DNA from: Folioceros fuciformis
Lineage: Eukaryota
Assembly: GCA_049999805.1 (NCBI GenBank)
Contig: JBNGIO010005869.1
Coordinates: 54,012 to 74,011 of the forward strand
DNA length: 20,000 nucleotides
Reading direction: 5' to 3'
Positions 1 to 9,916 of the stretch are shown piece by piece; within the stretch, counting starts at the first letter, position 1; every line of letters begins with the position of its first letter. The notes beneath the pieces were generated by a model, which had not been told where the DNA came from, searched no databases, and worked only from the letters and a program-made list of their open reading frames with translations. The position numbers were made by a program, and so were the translations under genes.

Positions 1-1265
1 TGAAGCTCTCGGCTCAAGAACTGCTCCCGGTTGTACGACCGCCTCTCTGCGGCCGACATGCGACTGCGGCGCCTCTCTTTGACTGCGCGCTCATGACCTG
101 AACCGGCCGCACCATAATCTTCTGCATCGTTCCAGAGGGAGAGTTCGTAGAAGTTTGCCAATGTGCTGTGAGAGTCCTGCAAGCCAAGTAGTAGTGAGGT
201 GTTTCCCGTCAGTGGAATGTAGGACCTGACGGCTTCTAGAACATACAGGGAGACCTCGCTCAACTTACGTCTTGTGAAGGTTGCTCTGTCACGGCGGGTT
301 GTGGCTCGTACGACGGGCCTGTGACAGGGCGGCTAGCCTGTGCAGAGCTATCTACCACTGGCAGCCGGTACAGGAAGATGTTGCCTTCCACGTCGTACAT
401 CACCTCCTGGGTTGCGCGGTGCTTCAAGTACCGCTTGAAGAGTGCTGAGTTAGGGTAATCTGTCTGCAGGCTGCCAGAGAAGTGGAAGATTTGTGTGACA
501 TGCTCGTGCAATGTCTCACACGCCAGGCGGGGTTTAGCAGCAACAACAGCAAAGAGTGGAGAAGGGAGTTTGTTTCAGAACAGAGCAGGTGCTGCAACGA
601 ACTACAAGCAGACGATTACATTTCAATGAGCTCGCCTTGGAGAGGAGTGCCGTTCAGGAAAGCCACGCGCTCCACGCACCGCTCCATCGCGCGGTGCACA
701 TTCCAAGAACCAAGGACCAGGCCTCCGGCTGCGGCAGAAGCACCAGGAAGTGTGAGTTCCCTGTGCAAGAGAAAACAGAACCCTTACAAGCCGCGGATTA
801 AAGCGGAGTGCGTGAATTAGCTAACCCAGCGTTGCTGCCATCCGCTTCGTAAACCTCTCCAGACCATCCAGCTTCCACTGAGGTACCTTGAGACGCCGCG
901 TCACTGCGTCCAACATGCAATGGAGACGTGTGAGCGGCAATGTTGGTTCCCAATAGGTCAGAAAGGGCCTTGCGAGAGGTGGAAGAGTTGAGGGAAATTA
1001 CAGCCCCAAGCCACGGCTCCGCCGATGATGCCGCCGCGCAGCAAACCTCTACCAGCCTCGTCACGGCAGTCGTCGACAATACGCGCCTCCTCTGGCGTCA
1101 AATTGTACTGCTTGCATAGCAGCAATCTGACATCAGACGACTTCCCTCATCTCCCGACAAGAACAGGAAAGCAATCTTTTGACGGACCTTGGATTCCAAG
1201 ATCCTGGTAACAAGCCGGTCGTAGACAGACCAGCTCGGAAGTGGCGTTGGGGCCGCCTGCTCCAT
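1..1265 (-). CDS. Uncharacterised small membrane protein, OCIA-domain-like (3' end beyond window)
   Basis: Phase-consistent GT-AG exons 1265-1188, 1107-1002, 903-826, 728-620, 470-269, 176-1 give MEQAAPTPLPSWSVYDRLVTRILESKYNLTPEEARIVDDCRDEAGRGLLRGGIIGGAVAWGLTRRLKVPQWKLDGLERFTKRMAATLAGGLVLGSWNVHRAMERCVERVAFLNGTPLQGELIEILQTDYPNSALFKRYLKH... with no internal stop and two Gly-rich hydrophobic segments. Family call is from remembered motif similarity only. Confidence 0.75.
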
Positions 1266-1488
1266 CTTGGTCCTATGAATCCACCAGAATCTTTGCACGG
1301 TTTAGTCGACGCTGGACATGTCACAATTTATGGCCCGTCTTGGAGCCGTGTGAAGACGTCGTTTGTTTGGGCGAAGGGTATTGGGTAACCGGAGAAGTGA
1401 ACCGCGATTCTGAACCAGTACAGTTTTCGTTGTTCGTTGTTTTACAAGAGCAGCTCACTCACACAAAACAAAATGTTCAACGAGGTTG

Positions 1489-4198
1489 TCACGACATCCG
1501 GCACTGTTCGTGCTGGAGCTCGTCTCTCTTCAAATCCAACATTTTAAACACCACCTTCCGAAGGACGTCGTCTGCAGGAACAGGGCCTCGGTTAGCGGCA
1601 CACACAGAGCAGAAGCTGCTGAGTCTGAATTGGACTCCGATCGTGCGAGAAGGTTTCCCACCTCCTGGAGCGCGGATCAGAGCACCTGCAAACTCTAGCA
1701 AAGCGTTGTACTGGTGGAAGTGGAGATGCTCACGACTGCGGCTCTTGATGGCCATCCTCAGATGCAACTTCCCGAGGTTCAGGTACGGGTGGTGACCGGC
1801 ACCATCTACATATCGTGAGCATATCTTGGCCCTGTACCACCAGCCAACGGTCATGTCAGTCCACTGTAACCCTTCGTAACCAGGGTGACAGGATGTCATG
1901 GCACCCTGCTGGTATGGTACCTCTTGTAAAACTGAGCTCCTAGCCGCTGATTACCAACTTCCAGCAACTCGTCTGCAATGTTGCTCCAAGGGTTGCCTGA
2001 AAGACACGGAGGTCCGAAGACGGATGTCAGCCTGCTCTTGGCAAACAGCTATGCGGCATGGTACGTGGTTTCAGTGGTGAACAGTTTGGCATACCATAGT
2101 CATTATCCAGGAAGATGGCCCTGGCGCATTCTCGGACACAAATGAAACGCTTCGCGCCCCCCTACACCAAGCCCACACGCCCAGACGGTTGTTAGCAGCT
2201 CCAGTGTTTGAGAGTGCATACACAAAATTGGTGTCTTGACTGACAATGGCTACCAGCTTCCGGAGCAGCCTAAGCACGGTGTCAGACTTGGCAGTCGGGT
2301 GTAAGTAACAGCCAGCTTGAAACTTTTCAACTGCTTCCACGACGTTTCCAAGCGAGAAATCAAGCTTGCAACGCCTAAAGAGCTCTTGCGCTTTATTGGC
2401 TAGCGTGGTAGGGTCTAACACTGGTTGCTTATCCACCTGTTCCAAACCACAGCATCGTATTAATACTTGAGAGCCAGCCACTTGTACGTGGACCAAATAC
2501 GTGGTACCTGCTCCAAGGGTTTTAACAGCTTAGCTGCATCCTCGGGTAAGTGCGTGTGTATCATTTCCACTTGAAAGAGATAGGAATGCACAAGTGGAGG
2601 CGGTGGTGGTGGAGGAAGCACAGGAAAAGGAGCAGCGTTCGGAAAGAGCGTGCCGGCTGCAACCAGGACAAGTTTTCGGCAACCACTGTCCACCAGCATA
2701 GTGCAAATCCTGGCACTGTCGAAATTCGAAAGTTCCTTGCAACCAACGATGGATAATGCCTGCAGAAACCACAACTCCGTGAGGTGTGCCAGAATTGCGA
2801 AAGGAAGTGCTCCCAAGCCTGATGACTCACTTCCAGGGCGGTACAGCCACCGAGACAAATAAGGTCGTCCAGGGCAATTCGAGGGCAGCATGCCAGTGAC
2901 AGGACCACCAGGTGTTGCAGATTACTCCCCAATGCTCGCCTGTGTAGCCGGAAATAAATTTGGTGGGCACAAAATGTCGGCGGAACGGTGAAGCAAGAGC
3001 AGAGCTCCTGCACAGTTGAATACGACGGGGTGAAGCTGAACTTACAAGGTCCGGGGACCGACATCGTAACACAATCCAAGGTCGAGCTCGGTCAACTTGT
3101 GGAGATTCCCAAGTTGTGCAAACATGTCGTCAGTAAGAGACCTTCGAGCACCAAACAAGCGCAACTTTTGCAGACGGTGGCAGTGCTTCACCAGACTTAA
3201 GAGCTGCAAAGAGATGAGTCATTTTGAAGAGCCTGACATTTGCTTCCCGACACGGTGCACGATGGAGCTGGCAAAGCAACACCCTGTGCCCTCTAAATCT
3301 GGTGGTTCAAGGGACGTACACTTGGCTCGGTGATGAGACAGAAGGAGAGATCGAGACATCTGAGCTGCTGCCCACAGCTAGACTGAGCCAAGGCTACGAG
3401 ACTGAGACATGTCAATCGCCAACAGAGGGCCAGCGAGAGCACAGAGGTCCTCTGCCACAACACATGGGCCTCAATTCCTGCACGCCCGATAACACAAGGC
3501 AGGATTGAGTCAAGAGAGGAGACACGATTACCTTCAAACGGTTGGGACAGAGCGCCGAAAACTCCCGATCGCCGAGGCAATGTGCCAACGACACAAGCTC
3601 CACATGCTCCCACAAAGTCTCCGATGCCGCCACGGACCGCCATCTTCGAGAGACGGCTGACGCGGTGATGACATCCCGACGGGACAGTCTGGAGAAAATC
3701 CGCACCCTGCGCCACGAGGCTAGGTCAATTCAACTTCACACACAAGCACGAAACGGAGCCCAGGCCGAGCCAGACAGGCGCTCATCGGACTCACATGAGG
3801 TCATCGGACAAGGCGTCGATACAGCACACACCAGCACCCTCACTCCCGCGGCGCCAAACGCCAGGGGAGCGCTTGGGCGGGTCGGGCAAAAGGTCGGGCT
3901 GGATCAGGACCCCGTCCCCCGCTCGTATCAAGCTGGCAGTGGCCTCGTTTAGGAGGGCCTGGCCAGGAGTGTGGAGAGAATCCACAACCCCCCACCTGCC
4001 AGCTTGCCACGCAAACGCCTCGCTGAGAACGTGGCTCACCTGCGCGGCTGCCTCTCGAGCTCTGAGGCGGGCATCCTGATCATTCTTGTGCTTAATGCTG
4101 GCCTGCATGTCCCACAGTGCGTGAGCCGGGCGCCCCCAAAGCCAACTGCACCAGGTGTCCTCCCAGTCGCCCGGCCCCGGCCCCGGCCCGGCCTCCAT
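1489..4198 (-). CDS. F-box / leucine-rich-repeat / TPR protein (~575-600 aa)
   Basis: Exons 4198-3795 (probably with an 81-nt in-frame intron 4039-3959), 3706-3532, 3451-3320, 3203-3046, 2939-2831, 2759-2508, 2436-2254, 2161-2095, 1996-1921, 1831-1662, 1571-1489; all GT-AG and phase-consistent. F-box: IDALSDDLMVRIFSRLSRRDVITASAVSRRWRSVAASETLW. Cys-containing LRRs: LRCLDLSFCLIT, LQKLRLFGARRSLTDD, LTELDLGLCYDV, LVVLSLACCPRI. Poly-Pro linker, then TPRs: RECARAIFLDNDYGNPWSNIADELLEVGNQRLGAQFYKRA. A possible extra in-frame 5' exon (ATG 4520 to 4478, spliced to 4248) makes the start uncertain. Confidence 0.8.
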
Positions 4199-4380
4199 CG
4201 TTCCCGGCCCCCGCCGCACCAAGGAGCCAGCCCCGCTCAATTCCGCATCTGCGCAGCAGAACACCCGCACCCAATTGCCAGCCCGCTGGGTACCGTCCAC
4301 GCGAGCAATTGCTTCCCTGCGAACGCAGAGCTAGCTGCCAACAGGACCACTGAGCATGCACAACAAACAAATTTTGCTCC

Positions 4381-4422
4381 AACACTCACCCACACACAGA
4401 CACACACACACAGGCACACACA
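4381..4422. repeat. Imperfect (CA)n microsatellite
   Basis: aacactcacccacacacagacacacacacacaggcacacaca; lies in the putative 5' intron (4249-4477) of the F-box gene. Confidence 0.7.
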
Positions 4423-5795
4423 GGAGTGAGTACGTCTTGCTCAAGCGCAAGGGAGACAGACACAGACGCAGACTCACCTCCATCATTCCGGCAACGGATG
4501 ACAATGAACTCCAGATGCATCCCATGTACTCGCAAGTTGAATACCGTTCTCGTCACCCCACGTTTGGGGAAAACTTGGGTGCGTTTTTCTTGTCCCTTTT
4601 TTATTGTCTGCCACGCCACCTGGCTTCTCGAGCAAGAGCCCCCGGACAGAATTGGTGTGGGCTCACACACTGGGCAACGAATTTAATGAATCGTCAAACA
4701 GTTGCCCTCCTCTTCCGGATTGGACATATCTACTAACTTTTTCCTCTGGGCCAGGCGGGCACGCATCGCCATGCCTGGGCCTGCCCACCGGTGTACATAC
4801 GTACATACATCCGGCGCCTTCTGCAGTTTTCACGACCTCCAACGCAATCTTTGCTGCAACATGCAGTACTCCACCTCCAGATCTAATAACCTCTATGGCC
4901 TCTCACGAATGACTTATGAATCAAGATATGCGTGCTTATATTGTGTGACACACACTGCTAACCGTGTCCACAAATTTAAATGTTCTTCTCCCAGAATTTT
5001 AATTTAATCTCACTCTGGTGCGCCTTACAACTTTTAAGTGTGGGATCCATCTCACCATCCTTCAGCTAGATTGTCAGACATTCTTGCCATAGCAACGAAC
5101 TCAGGCCAAGTGTGGGATCCATGCTCCTTCTATGGCAGCCATGGGCTTGTTCCGATTTCACGAAGTTAAGCGGTGATGTAGCATATGGAACTCGAGATTA
5201 GTTCCTATGGCACGTACACCCAGATCCGTGTAAAACGCATACAAAAATTGTAGAAATATCTTTGCCTTCAGAAGGCGGGACAAATCCTACAGCATAGTCT
5301 ACTTGCACTCACTACTACGAGAGGAAGAGAGCTATTTGGTATTCCGACGAGAGCACTCAAGACTAGCCAGCCACCTTCTCCTGAGATTGCGAGGAGGCCC
5401 TACCTTGCACCGCCTCTCTACAACGTGTCATAGATACTCCCCGGGCCTACAGCGCCGGGGCTGTCGAACAATACCAGAATGAGAGCCAACAAAGACTGGA
5501 CAGCAAAAATGACATGACCGTTGATAGCCACATTTTGGTACAAAGATAGGAAGCACCGGGCGTCTTGTACGCGTTTGTGCATTCCAAACCTGACTAGAAG
5601 GCAGGACGAAGGTGGTCCTGCGCGGACAGGTGAACGTCAGCTTGCCCAACTGCCTCACGCATCCATGGCCTGCTTGAGGAAAAGAATATACTGTACACTG
5701 GAGGATGCATCGGAGGCCATCGCTGTTGGTGTCGCATCAGAACCCTGGGGGCCTTCATCTCACTCACCCCACATGTCTGGTACCACCTCAGGAAC

Positions 5796-8700
5796 TCACA
5801 TTCGGAAGTCCATCACACAGACTGTGTTGTTGGAGAAGCACGCTGCAACTTTGTCGCCATCCCTGTTCCAGCACACCTCGAAGATGCCTCCACTGCCTCT
5901 GTAGGTCTTTACCAGTCGCCCATCTTTCACGGACCAGATGTGCAGGCATTTGTCAAAGGAGCCGCTGGCTAGGTACTCCCCGTTGGGACTGAAGGCAACA
6001 GAATAGACTGGCTCGCTGCAACCAGAACAAAGGGTGTGGTTGTCAAACTATCTCCAAACCTGACAAGAACAACAATGTTCTTGGAACATGGTCAAAACCC
6101 CACCTGTGATGTGTTAGGCTGAAAAGCTGACTCCCTACTTCAACCTCCCATAGCTTTATGGTGGCATCAAACGAGGCACTGCGAGCCACAGTTGTTCCAT
6201 CAGCACCCTGAAACAGGTAGATACAGCCCAAAACTAATTACGGACGCTAAGCTACGACCAGCTGTGCCTCAGTTCACCTTGCTAGGACCAGTTGCTGGTT
6301 TGGGTTATTTGTTCCCGGCCCTGTTGGACTCCATTTTATCGTGTAAATCTCCTGTGGGTCATGGACAACACATGTACACGGTCTCATTATCACAGCCACC
6401 ACTTGTACGTATCCACATTACTGCTCCATGACACAAGAAAACCACACTGTACGAACCCTTGTGTGGTCCCTCAAGTCATGGAGGCATTTATCTTGCTTTA
6501 AACTCCAGATTTTGGCAGTGGAGTCATCGGAGCACGAGGCTAAGAGAGTGCCAGTGGGATCCCACTTTATCGCATTCACTTCATTCTGTCATACTTAGGC
6601 TTAGTACTTGTCTCACACAGGGAAAACTCGCAATCTAAAGCTGGAAAGAACATTGCATACCACGTGTCCTTGAAAGGACTTGACAGGCCTAGTGTCTCCC
6701 AGCTTACAAACATAAATCATCATGTCAGTCGAGCACGTTGCAAAAGAGACATTGTTGCGCCAATCCACATCAAGGGTTGGAGCTGTCAACGACCAATGAC
6801 CACAAACAGTGAGAATTGGTGTTATCTTCACGTCTACTACAGAAAAAAAGAACAACAAAAACACCGTGGGCACTGATGACATACCTGAATGAAACTCAAA
6901 TTGCTGTTTCACATCCCCGGTTTTAGCATCCCAGATGATAGCGGTCTTATCAACACTCCCACTCAACAAGCAATCCCCTTTCTTGTTCCACTTCAAGGAG
7001 AAAATTGGGCCCTTGTGCTTGTTTAAAGTGTTCTTTAAATCACCTGCAACTCCAAGGCGTACTCAAAATGCATCTAAACGAAAAGAAAACAGCCACTTCA
7101 AGAAATCCAGACAAAGCTCTTACCATCCTTGCTCCAGATTCTCGCCTGACCATCATAAGAACCAGTTGCAAGAAGTGACCCTTCTCCCTGAACAAAACAA
7201 AGAGCATAAAAAGCTAGCCACAGCCAATGAGAAAACGGAGGAAAGGAAGAGATTTGACTGCAAGCCTTTTTTTATGTACTAACATTCCAGTCCAAAGTTG
7301 TAACATCTTTGCTTTTCTCATTTGTTTTCCCCTTAAAGTGCTTCAGCACAAGAGGCTTTGGAGCTGAAGCTTGCGCTGTACTCCCAGATGGCCCATCTGC
7401 AATTGACCAAATCCGAGCAGTCGAATCCCCAGAACTGGAAAAAAGAACAAGCCCATCAAAAAAAGTCATGTTTCTACAGTCTTTGACACTGAGTAGTTGG
7501 CCCTTGATTTTGTAATGGAGGGAACAGAACAAGGATATCACACTGCCCTACGCTTAGTTGGTTCTAAATCGTTCCAGTACTCGTTTGTATCTCTTTCCAG
7601 AATGCTTAGCTAGTCTCATTTAAGTTACCTCTAAACGCGGCCGCACACACAGTGTTACAAAACCACCATGTTTCTGCCAACAGCAAAAGTACTTACCCTG
7701 ATGCCAAAAGAGACCCTGTTGGACTCCATGCACAGATAAAGACCTGAACGATAAACACAGCTTCTGTGAGAAATAAGCAACTATTGTCCAAATGCTTCGA
7801 CAGAGTTCAAGGCAGTTGATTAGTACCTCCGACAGGTGTCCCTCAAGAATTGTGACATCCGAGATAGATATCTCACTAGCCTGATGAGAGGATAAAGCAT
7901 TACCAATCTCCATGGGTTCTGGTCCTACAAGAAGACAAGTTCCGGAAATCATGACGAGTATACAAAAGACTTGTGTCCTACAGAAAAAGAACTGAAAATG
8001 CCACCAATCAAGACATGCAGGGCAGAGCACAGTCCGAGCCTTGCCAACAGGATCTGCCTTTCCTGTTAGTCAGCAGAAGTAGCGTTCCTTTTGTCTCACC
8101 AGAATCTAGAGAGTTGTTCTCTTATGGACCTGTCCTCATGCAGTAGCTTGTTCCATCCATTCTATCGAGAATTTGCTGTCTTTTGACAAACTCTCAGGCA
8201 CTAGGAAACTGAACTACTGAAATAATTCACCTTGACTACATGGTACAGTCAGTTAGGGCAGAAGAAAATCGCACCTCCAGAGGATGTTTTAGTATCTTCG
8301 ACCTTCTGGATTTTCACCTTATCGTGCTCACGGTCCCTTTCGAGACGGTCTCGATCTCGATCCTTCTCCTTCTCTTTATCTCTTTCCCTATCACGCTCTC
8401 GTTCAAGTCTCTCCCTCTCGCGCTCTCGCTCTCTCTCTTGCTTCTCCCTTTCTCTCTCCCTTTCCCTTTCTCGCTCCCTCTCCTTCTCCCTCTCCTTCTC
8501 CTTCTCTTTTTCCTTCTCCTTTTCTTTCTCCTTATTTATCTTGTCCTTCTTATCTCTGATAGCCTGTCGTAACTCTGCTACATCTTTAGTAAGAAGGTCG
8601 ACAGGCTGCAACAGGGAGATATCTCCATCAACATCTGTACCATCCTGAATCGCCACATGCACACATAAAGATGGTCATAAACGCCCCTCGCACGACGGAA

Positions 8701-9505
8701 GCACTGCCTTTTAAGGCCAGCTAAGGCACGCGGGATCGATCACATGGAATACGCACAGAACGGTTGCTCACTTCATTCAGGTTGGCTTCAAGTTCCAGAT
8801 ACTGAAGTCCCTTCTGAACGAAGGAAACCAGTGCACCAGGAGGCACCTGATTTCCATCAATGACAGTCTTGTTCAGCCCAGCCTCGTAACCTAGAACGAA
8901 CGCACTGTGTTGGAAGCCTGCACCACAAGCAAAACAAAACGGGTCAAGGGCTACAGCGACACAAAACCCAAGACGGTAGACCGTGGGCGTCAAGCTACTG
9001 CACTACAACACGACTATATATATTCCGTCCCAAGACAGCAAAAGAAAACGACGAATCCTAGCACAAATCACACAAACAAAAGTAGATAATACTAACTCTA
9101 TTAGGCCATCCTCTCTGCAAAGACCTTAGTTTCCATCTCTAGAGAAGATTATGAGGACAAAACTAGCTGAACCACTTGACAGTCCTCTACTGGTGGAGAG
9201 GAAACATCCCTGTTTCCCAAATTGCAAGTAGGATGAACTTCCTAGCATGCCACGCCACGAGAATCATGCGATTAAGATCATGTCTCCAATTAGGGCAACG
9301 GAGCCAAATCTGCTGCACGCTTAAAATCGCACATGGCAGGGCTCAGTGCAACCAGACCAGTCAGCTGGCTACACAACTGACACTCAACACACACTGCTGG
9401 GCATAGAAGCTCACGTTCCCTACCGTAAATAGCAGCACAAGTACCTGACTCCTGAAGGTATCGAAATATCAGAAAATTGAGCTCGACAGAAGTGATGGCA
9501 GACAT
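5796..9505 (-). CDS. HOS15: WD40-repeat protein HOS15 (TBL1/Sif2 family, LisH + WD40), 571 aa
   Basis: 13 GT-AG exons: 9505-9445, 8917-8772, 8644-8275, 7924-7827, 7743-7697, 7434-7284, 7187-7124, 7043-6885, 6782-6661, 6585-6457, 6351-6278, 6178-6104, 6015-5796 (1716 nt, in frame). Lis[35 protein letters not shown]...[25 protein letters not shown] tract follows, then WD40 repeats ([57 protein letters not shown]) and C-terminus VCVMDFRM. Confidence 0.95.
8330..8535 (-). repeat. Coding low-complexity (EK/ER/DR)n tract within HOS15 exon 3
   Basis: CT-rich run on the plus strand encoding [28 protein letters not shown]...[12 protein letters not shown]. Confidence 0.9.
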
Positions 9506-9916
9506 TGGCGCCCACTCTCATACCACGCTCACTGAGCACATTTCACAGCCCTCGCCGCCAAGCCCAGTTCAGCTCGCAGTACGCGAATACGTCGACTCCA
9601 CCTGCTTGCCCAGTGCAACCGCTATCACTCGTCAGGAAGGACCCATGTCGATGTCTTCCCGCCGGAATAGATGCATCCCAGTAAGTACGTAGATGGGTTG
9701 GTGACCACCCACGCTCATCACCTACCGGCAAATCCCGGTGACCACGAAAAACCGAAGCATTACTAACGGACGGGCGTACCACAGCAAACAGACAGCTCCA
9801 GAAACAGAACTCCCCGTTAGGCAGTAGTACTTCCCGGTTAATGACCAGTGTCTAGTGTTAAATAGTATTTGCTTCTTGGTGTCTTGAATGTGATATCTTC
9901 ACTTACTTTTATACAG

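Noticed and set aside
5036..5122. 15-bp direct repeat AAGTGTGGGATCCAT at 5036 and 5108
   Set aside because: Real but only two copies, with no TIRs or coding element between them; no function can be supported.
482..5992. Numerous plus-strand ORFs (e.g. 1241-1795, 3542-3952, 3971-4429, 5521-5904)
   Set aside because: They have no recognisable motifs and mostly overlap well-supported minus-strand spliced genes in GC-rich DNA, so they are treated as chance ORFs.
8098..8200. Extra HOS15 exon inside intron 3 (GTGAG donor near 8099)
   Set aside because: The frame that fits the phase-1 junction contains a TAA, and exon 3 already joins exon 4 in frame.
8232..8648. Plus-strand Ser/Leu/Phe-repeat ORFs (8232-8648, 8240-8572)
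   Set aside because: These are antisense shadows of the HOS15 EK/ER low-complexity exon.
9645..9690. Plus-strand mini-exon ending at GTAAGT (9681) as first exon of the hidden gene
   Set aside because: The phases from nearby ATGs (0 or 1) do not match the phase 2 needed at the 9917 acceptor.
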